Position numbers and translations under genes: made by a program. DNA of 63,076 nt, counting the filler. It is 5 parts of 5 records of this genome, joined end to end, with 100 filler letters (N's around TTAATTAATTAA, not from the genome) between each part and the next. Parts side by side here need not be neighbours in the genome. Positions count along the whole stretch, not along the records: positions 37,957 to 57,319 come from DRR723986_7013; 4 more parts are not named here. One strand, 5' to 3'. Below, piece after piece: positions 40,847-51,062 of this stretch. Below the pieces are notes generated by a model. The model did not search any database and had not been told where the DNA came from. It saw only the letters and a program-made list of their open reading frames with translations. The stretch's first letter is position 1. Each line of letters opens with the position of its first letter.

Positions 40847-41408
40847 TGCGAAAGAACGTGCCCGACGACCAGATCCCAAACCACCCGTCGTGATCTTCGC
40901 CCAGATCCACAAGCCGATAAAACGTCTTGCGGTCAATCAGCGCCTCTAGCCCTGCACGGATCATGACATAGGGCGCGGGTTCTTCGGTCTCAGGATCGCG
41001 CACAACACGTATCGGATGCTCTGGCCCGGCGATTGCCGTGTCATCCACATGGGTTGTGAATTCCAGCACCTGATCTTGACCCGTCCCGGTCACCTCAACA
41101 TCTGTTGCCACAAAGGGGGCATCGTCGACCGTGATGCCCACCTTTTCAACAGGTGTCACCAACACGTATTTGTCATCTTCGAGCTTTAGGATAGACGAAA
41201 ACAACCGCACCAATTGAGGTCGGGTGATCGGTGATCCCTGATAATACCACGTGCCATCCCGTGCGATCCGCATATCCAAATCCCCACAAAACGGAGGGGT
41301 CCACAGATGCACAGGCGGTAATCCGCGTGATTTAGAGGCGCGAACCGCCTCTGCAATGCCATCTGCCGAGGGAGTCACAGCTTTTTGTCCACTCATTGTT
41401 TTTGCCAT
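40815..41408 (-). CDS. DUF1285 family protein
   Basis: PPVHLW.PPFCGDLDMRIARDGTWYY.GSPI.R..LVRLF; LVTPVEKVGITVDDAPF. Confidence 0.85.
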   Translation of the reverse strand: MAKTMSGQKAVTPSADGIAEAVRASKSRGLPPVHLWTPPFCGDLDMRIARDGTWYYQGSPITRPQLVRLFSSILKLEDDKYVLVTPVEKVGITVDDAPFVATDVEVTGTGQDQVLEFTTHVDDTAIAGPEHPIRVVRDPETEEPAPYVMIRAGLEALIDRKTFYRLVDLGEDHDGWFGIWSSGTFFRIIPSEALDGI

Positions 41409-41461
41409 TTCCTCTCAACGCGATACACTTAGTATTATATACGTCCACGGAAAGGAAAACC

Positions 41462-42469
41462 ATGTCCGAACCTGCCGATTTGGTCGCTGAGATTGAAGCC
41501 CTTGAAGATAAATTGAGATTGGCGAAAGAGTCGATTACACATCGCTTTATCGGTCAAGAGCGTGTGGTTGACCTGACGCTGACCGCCCTGTTGTGCGGCG
41601 GACATGGCCTGTTGATTGGTCTGCCCGGACTGGGGAAAACCTTATTGGTTGAAACGCTCTCAACTGTCATGGGCCTGAATGGCAGCCGCATTCAATTTAC
41701 CCCCGACCTGATGCCCGCAGATATCTTGGGGTCTGAGGTTCTGGATACGTCTGATGATGGCAGCCGCCAGTTCCGATTTGTGCCCGGGCCGGTGTTCTGC
41801 CAGCTGCTGATGGCCGACGAAATCAACCGCGCCAGCCCCCGCACCCAATCCGCCCTGCTGCAAGCGATGCAGGAAAAAACCGTGACCGTAGCGGGGGAAA
41901 ACCGCCCCCTTGGTGCCCCGTTCCACGTGCTTGCGACCCAAAACCCGATTGAACAAGAAGGCACCTATCCCTTGCCCGAGGCGCAGTTAGACCGCTTTCT
42001 GGTTCAAATCGATGTGCCCTATCCAACCCGTCAAACCGAACGCGATATCCTGACGGCCACCACCGGGATCGAAGATGCCAAGGCCACGCAAATATTCACC
42101 CATTCCGAATTGCTCGACGCGCAAACATTGCTGCGGCGCATGCCGGTTGGGGAGTCGGTTGTTGAGATGATATTGGATCTCGTGCGGGCCTTCCGCCCCG
42201 AGGAACCCGGCGCTTCGGACCGTGTCCGCGAAACTGTGGCTTGGGGTCCGGGGCCGCGCGCAGCGCAGGCCTTGATGATGACCGTGCGCGCCCGCGCGCT
42301 GTTGCAGGGGCGTCTTGCCCCAAATGCTGAGGATGTCATTGATATGGCGCGTCCCGTTCTGAGCCATCGTATGGCACTGAACTTTGCCGCCCGCGCCCGT
42401 GGTGACAGTCTGGCCGAGTTGATCGAAAGCACAGCCGCTGGTCTGACACGATCCGAGGTCGCGGCGTGA
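41462..42469 (+). CDS. MoxR family AAA+ ATPase
   Basis: Walker A GLPGLGKT; RIQFTPDLMPAD; DEINRA.P.TQSALL; NPIEQEGTYPLPEAQLDRF. Confidence 0.95.
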   Translation: MSEPADLVAEIEALEDKLRLAKESITHRFIGQERVVDLTLTALLCGGHGLLIGLPGLGKTLLVETLSTVMGLNGSRIQFTPDLMPADILGSEVLDTSDDGSRQFRFVPGPVFCQLLMADEINRASPRTQSALLQAMQEKTVTVAGENRPLGAPFHVLATQNPIEQEGTYPLPEAQLDRFLVQIDVPYPTRQTERDILTATTGIEDAKATQIFTHSELLDAQTLLRRMPVGESVVEMILDLVRAFRPEEPGASDRVRETVAWGPGPRAAQALMMTVRARALLQGRLAPNAEDVIDMARPVLSHRMALNFAARARGDSLAELIESTAAGLTRSEVAA

Positions 42470-43341
42470 CACCTGCCCTCACCCTTCGTGAACGATCCGA
42501 GGCCGAAGCCGCCCGATTGCCACCCTTGTTGGCACGGGCGGAACAACTGGCAGGCACTGTCCTGCTGGGGGACCACGGACGTCGACGCGCGGGGTTGGGG
42601 GATGATTTTTGGCAGTACCGACCTGCGCAGTTGGGCGATAGCAAACGAATGATCGATCACCGGCGGTCCGCGCGCGGGGACCAGCAATTCGTTCGTGAAC
42701 GGGAATGGCAAATCGCGCAATCCGTCATGTTCTGGATCGATCAGGGCGCCTCGATGCAATTTGCGTCAGACAAAGATATCCCCACAAAAATTGACCGCGC
42801 CCGGTTGCTGGGGCTATCAACTGCGATCCTGCTGGCCCGAGCAGGGGAACGCGTTGGTTTGACAGGAACCACTCTGCCGCCTCGGCGCGGCAATGCACAG
42901 GTTATTCGATTGGCCGAAGCATGGTCCGTGAATGATCACACCGACTATGCCCCGCCGGAACACAAAGCCCTTATTCCCCATGCACGGGCCGTATTTATTT
43001 CTGATTTTCTGGGGGATCTGACCGAAGTTGAAACAGCCCTGACCAAAGCCGCAGATCGTGGCATTCGCGGGGTGATTATGCAGGTGTTGGATCCCAGCGA
43101 AGAGGCGTTTCCCTTTCAGGGTCGAACAGTCTTTGAAAGCGTCGGTGGAACATTGCGCCACGAAACCCTCAAAGCCGGGGATCTGCGGACCCGGTATCTG
43201 GAACGATTGGCAGAACGTCGCGACCATCTGCAACGCATTTGCAACGCCACAGGCTGGATATTTGGCCGTCACCACACCGAACATTCGGCGCAAACTGCGC
43301 TGGTGTGGTTGTATCAGGCACTTGAAAGAGGGTCGCGATGA
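42466..43341 (+). CDS. DUF58 family protein (MoxR-associated)
   Basis: G.H.RRRAG.G.DFWQYR; IDHRRSAR; ISDF; coupled to moxR. Confidence 0.9.
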   Translation: MTPALTLRERSEAEAARLPPLLARAEQLAGTVLLGDHGRRRAGLGDDFWQYRPAQLGDSKRMIDHRRSARGDQQFVREREWQIAQSVMFWIDQGASMQFASDKDIPTKIDRARLLGLSTAILLARAGERVGLTGTTLPPRRGNAQVIRLAEAWSVNDHTDYAPPEHKALIPHARAVFISDFLGDLTEVETALTKAADRGIRGVIMQVLDPSEEAFPFQGRTVFESVGGTLRHETLKAGDLRTRYLERLAERRDHLQRICNATGWIFGRHHTEHSAQTALVWLYQALERGSR

Positions 43342-46091
43342 ACCTGCTGTCTGGAATCGCGTTCACCACGCCTTGGCTGTTGCTGGGGCTCGTGCTGCTT
43401 CCCATCCTTTGGTTTATCCTGCGGGCCGTGCCCCCGGCCCCAACGCATCGTCGCTTTCCTGCGGTCAGCCTGCTCTTGGGGCTAAAAGACGACGAAAGCA
43501 TTTCAGATCGCACACCTTGGTGGCTGTTGGCCTTGCGGCTGTTAGCCCTAGCCGCAGTGATCATTGGCCTCGCAGGTCCGGTCTTAAACCCATCCCGTGA
43601 TCAGGCCGGATCTGGTCCGTTGCTGGTTGTTTTGGATGCCAGTTGGGCCGGGGCCACGCATTGGCCAGCCAGCACACGCCAGTTGGATGCAGAGCTGACC
43701 AAAGCAGGCCGATTGGGACGTACGGTTGCCGTGTTGCAACTCACAGATCCACAGCCCTTGGTGTTCCAATCCGCTGAAACATGGCGCAGCCGGTTGCCCG
43801 GATTGAACCCAATGCCGTGGACCCCCACCCCGGATCAAGTCCAAGCCGCACTTTCCAACATGCAGTCCGTCTCTGAAACCTTCGACACGCTCTGGTTCAG
43901 CGACAGCCTCAACTTTGACGGGCAAAGCGATATCTTATCCGCGCTTCAATCGCGCGGCACGGTCAAGGTGTTTGAACCCGACCAATCCGTTGTTGGATTG
44001 AAACCGACCACATTCAAAGACGGCGCTTTGCAGATCTCGGCCCATCGATCAGCCGCGATCTCGGAACAGGGTATCACCGTACTGGCACAGGGTCGCGACC
44101 CTGCGGGAACGCAGCGCACGTTGGCCTCTGTCGACCTATCGTTCTCGGCATCTGAAACCGACGCACAAACTGCACTTTCCCTGCCAACAGAATTGCGCGC
44201 CCGGATCACGCATTTCGAAATTCAGGGCCAAGCCTCTGCGGGGGCAACTGCGCTCACTGATGATAGCCTGCGCCGACGCGAAATCGCTTTGATCGCAGGC
44301 CGGGAAAACCGCGAAGGGCTCGAACTTCTGTCGCCTTTGCATTACCTCACCAAAGTCGTCACCCCAAGCGCGGACATCATCGAGGGCTCGCTTCTCGAAG
44401 TTCTGCCTGCCAATCCAGATGTGATTGCCTTGGCAGATGTCACAAACCTGACCGCCCTTGAAACGGCAGAGATCATAAAATGGGTCGAAAATGGCGGCCT
44501 ACTCTTGCGGTTTGCCGGGCCGCGCACCGCCAACAGTGACCTTGGCCGCGAGACCGAGGATCCCCTCCTCCCCGTTCGATTACGCGGTGGTGGCCGGTCA
44601 GTCGGTGGCGCCATGAGCTGGGGAGAGCCGAAATCCTTGGCCCCGTTCCCCGACACATCGCCCTTTTATGGCCTGACAATCCCCGACGACGTCCGCGTCA
44701 CCACACAAGTTTTGGCGCAGCCCGATCCCAACCTCGCGGATCGGGTGATTGCCTCGCTCAGCGATGGCACCCCCCTTGTCACACGCAAACCATTGGGCCT
44801 AGGCCAAATTGTGTTGTTCCATATCACGTCAGATGCGGAATCCTCGACCCTGCCGCTGTCTGGCCTGTTTGTTGAGATGATGGACCGGTTGACCGTATCC
44901 TCTGGCACCAAATCCACCCCAGCCAGTGTCGAGGGCACAGTCTGGAGCCCAACGCAGGTTATGGACGGCTTTGGCACTTTGATGAACGCCGACACCCTGC
45001 CCGGCGTAGACGGGCCAGAGCTGTTAGCCGCGCCCATCGGCCCCAATCTGCGCCCCGGCCTGTATGGCAATGAAAAAAGAGTGTTGGCCCGAAACGTGAT
45101 GACGACAGACACTATCCTAAAACAGGCAACGTGGCCCGCGACCATCCAAGTGCAACGCCCCAGCGCCCAACAGGAACAGCCGCTTGGGGGGCTATTGCTC
45201 AGCCTGTCCCTGATCTTGCTCTGTTTGGATGTGATCGCATCTTTGCTGTTATCCGGTCGCCTGCGCAACACGCAGGTCGCGGCCCCGGTGATTGCCTTAC
45301 TACTGTTTACACCACAACTCAAAGCTCAAGACGCCACTGATTTTGCTTTAGAGGCGGCGCATGAATTGGTTCTGGCCCACGTGCTAACGGGTGACCAGAC
45401 TGTGGACGAGATCGCGTTGGCCGGATTGCGCGGATTGTCTGACACCCTGTACTTTCGAACCTCAATCGAACCGGCGGCACCGATTGGTGTGGACATCGAA
45501 CGGGACGAACTGGCCTTTTTCCCCCTGCTCTATTGGCCGATCACACCCTCACAACCCGCCCCGTCAGAGGCCGCAAATGCCAAACTGAACGCCTATCTCA
45601 GATCCGGCGGAATGATCCTGTTCGACACGCGGGACGCAAATTATGCCCGTTTTGGTGCCACCAGCCCCAATGGGCAGAAATTGCAGCAACTCGCCGCGCC
45701 GTTGAACATCCCCCCGCTGGAGCCGGTGCCCAAGGATCACGTGCTGACCCGCACCTTTTACCTGTTGCAGGATTTCCCCGGACGTCACATCAGCCCGGAT
45801 GTCTGGGTCGAGGCCGCGCCTGCCGATGTCGAACAGATCGAGGGCATGCCGTTTCGCAATCTCAATGACGGGGTCACGCCCGTGGTGATCGGGGGCAATG
45901 ACTGGGCAGGGGCGTGGGCAGTGGCGCGCAACGGCACTGACATGCTGCCGGTGGGGCGTGGCTATGCAGGTGAGCGTCAACGCGAATTGGCCCATCGGTT
46001 TGGGGTCAACTTGATCATGCACGTGCTCACCGGGAACTATAAATCCGATCAGGTCCATGTGCCTGCATTGCTGGACAGGTTAGGCCAATGA
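43338..46091 (+). CDS. BatA N-terminal / vWA-like / DUF4159-domain membrane protein
   Basis: F..PW.L..L..LP N-terminus, RTPWWLL.LR; C-terminal FFPLLYWP, RFGVN..M..LTGNYK.DQVH. Confidence 0.85.
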   Translation: MNLLSGIAFTTPWLLLGLVLLPILWFILRAVPPAPTHRRFPAVSLLLGLKDDESISDRTPWWLLALRLLALAAVIIGLAGPVLNPSRDQAGSGPLLVVLDASWAGATHWPASTRQLDAELTKAGRLGRTVAVLQLTDPQPLVFQSAETWRSRLPGLNPMPWTPTPDQVQAALSNMQSVSETFDTLWFSDSLNFDGQSDILSALQSRGTVKVFEPDQSVVGLKPTTFKDGALQISAHRSAAISEQGITVLAQGRDPAGTQRTLASVDLSFSASETDAQTALSLPTELRARITHFEIQGQASAGATALTDDSLRRREIALIAGRENREGLELLSPLHYLTKVVTPSADIIEGSLLEVLPANPDVIALADVTNLTALETAEIIKWVENGGLLLRFAGPRTANSDLGRETEDPLLPVRLRGGGRSVGGAMSWGEPKSLAPFPDTSPFYGLTIPDDVRVTTQVLAQPDPNLADRVIASLSDGTPLVTRKPLGLGQIVLFHITSDAESSTLPLSGLFVEMMDRLTVSSGTKSTPASVEGTVWSPTQVMDGFGTLMNADTLPGVDGPELLAAPIGPNLRPGLYGNEKRVLARNVMTTDTILKQATWPATIQVQRPSAQQEQPLGGLLLSLSLILLCLDVIASLLLSGRLRNTQVAAPVIALLLFTPQLKAQDATDFALEAAHELVLAHVLTGDQTVDEIALAGLRGLSDTLYFRTSIEPAAPIGVDIERDELAFFPLLYWPITPSQPAPSEAANAKLNAYLRSGGMILFDTRDANYARFGATSPNGQKLQQLAAPLNIPPLEPVPKDHVLTRTFYLLQDFPGRHISPDVWVEAAPADVEQIEGMPFRNLNDGVTPVVIGGNDWAGAWAVARNGTDMLPVGRGYAGERQRELAHRFGVNLIMHVLTGNYKSDQVHVPALLDRLGQ

Positions 46092-48130
46092 CCGGAGAAC
46101 TCATTTTCGACCCCCTTATCCCTCTGCCTGTGCTGATCGCGCTGGCCCTGCTGTCCTTGGCTGGCGTTGGGCTGGCTTTGTGGCGAGGAATGTCGGGCTG
46201 GGCCTTGCGCGGGCTTGGGATGGCGCTTCTCTTGGCCGCTTTGGCCGGACCCGTGTATCAAATCGAAGACCGCACCCCGCTCACTGATATCGTAGTGATG
46301 CTCGAGGATGAAAGCGCAAGCCAATCCCTGTCAAACCGACGCACACAAACCGAGGCCGCGGCCGGGACACTGGCTGAGCAGATTGATAACCGCCCCTATA
46401 CCGACCTGCGGCGCATCCCGGTTGGGGATGGCAAGGGCGATGCTGGCACGCAGCTGATGATCGCCCTGTCCGAGGTCCTTGCCGAGGAACCCAGCGCCCG
46501 GATCGCAGGCATTATCGCCCTGTCTGACGGGTTGGTGCATGATATGGAACGCGCCCCGGCGCTGCCTGCGCCGATGCACCTGCTGCTGACCGGCGAGGCT
46601 GAAGATTGGGACCGTCGTCTGATCGTCGCCAACGCCCCGGCGTTTGCCATCATCGGTGAGCCCGTAACATTAACGCTGCGGATCGAAGACAGCGGAGCGG
46701 TGCCGCCTATCGGCCCGTTGGTCCGGCTTGAAATCTCGGTCGATGGGGCCCGCCCGGAACAGTTCGATGTACCAACCGGACGAGACATCGAATTGCCCGT
46801 CACACTGACACATGGCGGGCGGAATGTGATCCAGTTTTCGGTCCCAGAAGCAGATGGGGAACTGACGGATCGTAACAACACAGCCCTTGTTCAGATGAAT
46901 GGTGTTCGCGACCGTCTGCGCGTGCTTTTGGTCAGTGGCGAACCCCATGCCGGGGGCCGCACATGGCGCAACCTTCTCAAATCTGACAGCTCGGTTGATC
47001 TGGTTCATTTCACCATTCTGCGCCCACCTGAAAAGCAAGACGGCGTTCCAGTTGATGAACTGTCCCTGATCGCCTTTCCCACGCGTGAGCTGTTTCTGGA
47101 AAAGATCGACGATTTCGACCTGATCATTTTCGACCGTTACAAACGGCGCGGGATCTTGCCTGCGATCTATCTGGATAACGTCTCAAACTATGTCTCCAAA
47201 GGCGGGGCGGTGTTGGTTGCTGCCGGTCCCGACTTTGCGACAGCTGATAGCATCTATCGGTCCCCCCTCGCTCCGATCCTGCCGGCGGAACCAACTGCAC
47301 GTGTTATCGAAGAGCGGTATCTGCCCAAAGTCACCGACCTTGGGCAACGTCACCCGGTGACATCCGACCTGACACAAGCCGATGACTGGGGGTCGTGGCT
47401 CCGCCAGATCGACGTGGAAACACGATCGGGCCACACTGTTATGACTGGGACAGACGATCGCCCCCTCTTGATCCTGGATCGCGTCGGAGAGGGGCGCGTT
47501 GCCCTGCTTGCCTCAGATCACGCATGGCTGTGGAGCCGAGGATACGAAGGCGGTGGGCCGCAACTCGAATTGCTGCGTCGCCTTGCCCATTGGATGATGA
47601 AAGAACCCGAGCTTGAGGAAGAGGCGTTGTGGGCCGAGGCCAACGGCCAGACAATGCGCATCATCCGACGCACTCTGGACACCGAAATTGGCCCCGTTAC
47701 CGTGACCCCACCCAGCGGTGAACCGGTCTCTGTAGAACTGACTGAGGTCACTCCGGGTCGATTTGAAGCAACCTATGTGGGTCCTGAAATTGGGCTCTAT
47801 CGCCTGTCCGAAGGCGCGCAAGATGCCGTGATCGGTCTGGGCCCCTCTGCCCCTCGCGAATTTGAAGAAACCATTGCCACAGGGGACAGACTAGATCCCT
47901 TGATCACGGGATTGCGCGGCGGGATCATGCGCCTGCAAGAGGGACTGCCCACTTTGCGCAATGTGCGCGAAGGGCGACCCGCTGCGGGTCGTGGCTGGAT
48001 CGGTCTCACCCCGCGCAATGCGTATGAAACCCGCGATGTGACCCAAACGCCGCTATTGCCGGTTTGGTTGGTTTTGTTGCTGGCCTCTGGGTTTATTCTA
48101 GCCGGGTGGCTGCGCGAGGGGCGTCGTTAA
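46088..48130 (+). CDS. Membrane protein with glutamine-amidotransferase-like domain (MoxR cluster)
   Basis: RVLLVSGEPH.G.RTWRNLLKSD.SVDLVHFTILRPPEKQDG; overlapping start/stop with upstream gene. Confidence 0.8.
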   Translation: MTGELIFDPLIPLPVLIALALLSLAGVGLALWRGMSGWALRGLGMALLLAALAGPVYQIEDRTPLTDIVVMLEDESASQSLSNRRTQTEAAAGTLAEQIDNRPYTDLRRIPVGDGKGDAGTQLMIALSEVLAEEPSARIAGIIALSDGLVHDMERAPALPAPMHLLLTGEAEDWDRRLIVANAPAFAIIGEPVTLTLRIEDSGAVPPIGPLVRLEISVDGARPEQFDVPTGRDIELPVTLTHGGRNVIQFSVPEADGELTDRNNTALVQMNGVRDRLRVLLVSGEPHAGGRTWRNLLKSDSSVDLVHFTILRPPEKQDGVPVDELSLIAFPTRELFLEKIDDFDLIIFDRYKRRGILPAIYLDNVSNYVSKGGAVLVAAGPDFATADSIYRSPLAPILPAEPTARVIEERYLPKVTDLGQRHPVTSDLTQADDWGSWLRQIDVETRSGHTVMTGTDDRPLLILDRVGEGRVALLASDHAWLWSRGYEGGGPQLELLRRLAHWMMKEPELEEEALWAEANGQTMRIIRRTLDTEIGPVTVTPPSGEPVSVELTEVTPGRFEATYVGPEIGLYRLSEGAQDAVIGLGPSAPREFEETIATGDRLDPLITGLRGGIMRLQEGLPTLRNVREGRPAAGRGWIGLTPRNAYETRDVTQTPLLPVWLVLLLASGFILAGWLREGRR

Positions 48131-48162
48131 CGCCCCCGCCACCCTGTCCAGTTGGGCTGGTT

Positions 48163-49005
48163 CTATTTAAAAACCACCGACACAGACGGGTTCCCCGGCA
48201 ATCCCGTGTATGTGACGGACGCCCCACCCTTACCTTTGACCGGCGGGAAAAGCGGGCCGAACGAGCCAACCGACACCATGTCCCCCGGTTTCAGCTCAAT
48301 CCCTTTGGACATTAACCACAGCACCGAATTCACCGGATGGCCCATCACTGCTTTGCCCGGCACCTCGACCAGCACTTCGCCGTCGGCAGCGCGCAGGGTC
48401 ACTTGCATATCCGCCAACGCTTGTTCCATTTCAGCCGGGTTCGTCACAGGAATACCCGCGCCCAAAACGCCAAGGCGTGGACCCACCCCCATCGCCGTCA
48501 AAGTGACGCCGGTAATTGGTTCCCCCTTGGCCAGTGTCAGGTCAGGCAGTTCCATAAACGGATGCACGGTGGAGATATGCGCCATGGCTTCGGTGACGGT
48601 TGTGGCTTGGTTTATCGCCTCATCCCCGACAACCAAAATCAAATCCGATTCAAAAACAGGTCGGGTTCCCCAGCCAACAGGCAATTCAGCACCGTTTTCC
48701 AGCATCATGCCCCGATAGAGGACACCTTGAACAGGTTCGCTGACCTTGAACCGATCTTGGGCAGGTTTGCTTGTCAGGCCGGCTTTGTAACCAACGACTG
48801 GACCCATGTGCGGTTCCAGCGCTTTGGCAAGTTTGGCTTGGGTACACAGCGCGTCGTCCATGCTGTCGCCTGCATTCAATGCTCTCGCGGGCTGCTTTTG
48901 TACATAATCGTCCACAAATTGTACGATTTCATCATCCGACGCGCATTGCGCCCATACTGACGTCCCCGACAAAGCCAAGGCAAAAACCAATAAAGATCGA
49001 AACAT
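48163..49005 (-). CDS. 2-keto-4-pentenoate hydratase / FAH-superfamily protein with N-terminal signal peptide
   Basis: GYKAGLT, P..G.L, FESDL, GHP.NSV.WL, L.PGD.VSVGSF; N-terminus MFRSLLVFALALSGTSVWA|Q. Confidence 0.8.
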   Translation of the reverse strand: MFRSLLVFALALSGTSVWAQCASDDEIVQFVDDYVQKQPARALNAGDSMDDALCTQAKLAKALEPHMGPVVGYKAGLTSKPAQDRFKVSEPVQGVLYRGMMLENGAELPVGWGTRPVFESDLILVVGDEAINQATTVTEAMAHISTVHPFMELPDLTLAKGEPITGVTLTAMGVGPRLGVLGAGIPVTNPAEMEQALADMQVTLRAADGEVLVEVPGKAVMGHPVNSVLWLMSKGIELKPGDMVSVGSFGPLFPPVKGKGGASVTYTGLPGNPSVSVVFK

Positions 49006-49021
49006 GTGACCCTCCTACAAC

Positions 49022-51055
49022 CTAGTTTTCCAAACGGACCGCAACACGGGCAGAACGCCCTGCAGTATCCACAACAACAAACGTCGAAAATCCGGCCCCG
49101 GGGTTTGGGACTTCGAATTCTCGTTGATACAGCCCCGTCGCAACCGCAGCCCCATCGGTCAACACCATAAACGGAGCCACTCCGCCTCGCACTTTCAGCG
49201 TGACAGGATCATTCCCCAGCTCCAAACGTGCCCCGTCCGGGGGAAACAGCAGCTGAGGCGCATCTTGGGCAGCTTCGAACGCCGCCGAGCGCGGTCGAAA
49301 ACGGCGCAAGGGCAACGGCAGCTCGGCCGCGCCTAGGATCAGTGTCGCAACAGGGGGGGCAGGCAATGGATCAAAATCTGGCTTCAAACGGCCAAAAGCC
49401 TCGAACAGAACCGGGGCCGCCAGATCCCCACCAAACGCCCCCGGAACCGGCGTGCCATCGGCGCGGCCCAGCCAGACGCCGATGACATGACGCCCATCAT
49501 AGCCAATCGCCCAAGCGTCACGGTGCCCATAAGACGTGCCGGTTTTATATGCCAAAACATGCGCTTGAGCTCCGGAAGGGGGAGCGAGACCCCGTAAAAT
49601 ATCGCTCACATGCCAGGCCGCAACATCCGAGATCATACGCCCAACCGGCGTAGGCAATTGCCCCATGCGATGATGCAAGTTCAAACCCTGCCCCGCATTG
49701 GCCAAGCCTGCGTAAAGTTGCACAAGATCCTGTAGGTTTAGCCCCACTCCGCCCAGCGCAATGGCCAAACCGGGCACGCCACTTGGCAATTTTGGGCTGG
49801 CTCCACCTTGCTTAAGTGTCGCGACCAACCGCGCCGCACCCAGTTCGTTCGTCAATCGCACAACCGGGATGTTGAGCGACATTTGCAAGGCGTCCCGGAT
49901 CCTGACATCCCCGCGAAATTCACCGTCAAAATTGCGCGGCGCATAGCGACCAAACATGAGGGGACCATCATGGATCAACGTCTCAGGGTGTATCATGCCT
50001 TGATCGAACCCCAAGCCATAGATCAGCGGTTTCAGCGTCGATCCCGGCGAGCGCACGGCCTGTGTCATATCCACAAACCCCTGTCGTGCAGACTGATAGG
50101 CAGGTGAGCCGACCGAGGCCAAGATTTCACCAGTTTGGTGATCTGCCACAATCAAAGCACCCGAAACCTGAGGACCGGCTGCTGCACTGGCACGCGCGAC
50201 CAAACCCTCGACCTTGCGTTGTAGATCCGCATCCAGTGTCAGTGCATGGGTGGTCTGTCCCGGCGCTTCGAGGCGCGCCCGGTCCGCGAGGTGCGGTGCC
50301 AATTGCGGGAAGGGTCGTTGCGCAGCTGGGATGGGTTCGCTCAAAGCGGCGCGCGCTTCGGCCCCGTCCAAAACGTTTTGCTTTTGCATTCGGTTCAACA
50401 CGCGATCCCGTGCCGCACGGGCTTGATCAGGATAGCGATCTGGTCGTCGTCCTTCGGGTGATTGGGGCAAAGCAACCAACAAAGCAGATTGCGCTGGCGT
50501 CAGACGATGTGGCTCTTTCCCGAACCACGCCACCGTCGCAGCACGCACGCCTTCCAGATTGCCCCCATAAGGCGCGTGCGTCAGGTAAAGCCGCAGAATA
50601 TCGTCTTTGCTGAGGCGACGCTCCAAAGCCCAAGCCACGCGCATCTGCCTGAGCTTACCTGCCCAGCGCCCGGTTGTGCCATCTTCCAACAGACGCGCGA
50701 CCTGCATCGTCAAGGTTGACCCCCCAGACACCGGACGCCCATTCCAGATGGCTTGCCGCACGGCGCGCAGCAAAGCCCAGCCATCGACACCGGAATGAGA
50801 GTAGAACCGCTTGTCTTCGTACCGGATCAACATCGCTGTGAAACCAGCATCAACCTTTCCCGGAGCCAAACGCCAGATGCCTGTGCCCACTGGATAGGCC
50901 CGGAGCAAAGCACCGTTTCGATCCCGAACTTCGGTGGATGTTTCGGTCAGGATCAGTGGCAGGTCGGTGTCAGCAATCCATTGGTCCCCTGCATCCCTGA
51001 GCGCCCCTGCAAGAAACAGGAGCGCCCCGAACAACAGGAACCCAAAGCGTTTCAT
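49022..51055 (-). CDS. pbpC: Penicillin-binding protein 1C
   Basis: Transglycosylase EDKRFY and GGSTLTMQVARL; transpeptidase STLK, SLN, KTGTS; directly downstream of a2M. Confidence 0.95.
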   Translation of the reverse strand: MKRFGFLLFGALLFLAGALRDAGDQWIADTDLPLILTETSTEVRDRNGALLRAYPVGTGIWRLAPGKVDAGFTAMLIRYEDKRFYSHSGVDGWALLRAVRQAIWNGRPVSGGSTLTMQVARLLEDGTTGRWAGKLRQMRVAWALERRLSKDDILRLYLTHAPYGGNLEGVRAATVAWFGKEPHRLTPAQSALLVALPQSPEGRRPDRYPDQARAARDRVLNRMQKQNVLDGAEARAALSEPIPAAQRPFPQLAPHLADRARLEAPGQTTHALTLDADLQRKVEGLVARASAAAGPQVSGALIVADHQTGEILASVGSPAYQSARQGFVDMTQAVRSPGSTLKPLIYGLGFDQGMIHPETLIHDGPLMFGRYAPRNFDGEFRGDVRIRDALQMSLNIPVVRLTNELGAARLVATLKQGGASPKLPSGVPGLAIALGGVGLNLQDLVQLYAGLANAGQGLNLHHRMGQLPTPVGRMISDVAAWHVSDILRGLAPPSGAQAHVLAYKTGTSYGHRDAWAIGYDGRHVIGVWLGRADGTPVPGAFGGDLAAPVLFEAFGRLKPDFDPLPAPPVATLILGAAELPLPLRRFRPRSAAFEAAQDAPQLLFPPDGARLELGNDPVTLKVRGGVAPFMVLTDGAAVATGLYQREFEVPNPGAGFSTFVVVDTAGRSARVAVRLEN

Positions 51056-51062
51056 GTGCCGA

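Noticed and set aside
41462-48130. MoxR-DUF58-BatA/DUF4159-GATase-like cluster as a novel system
   Set aside because: A widespread, conserved alphaproteobacterial arrangement; nothing atypical seen
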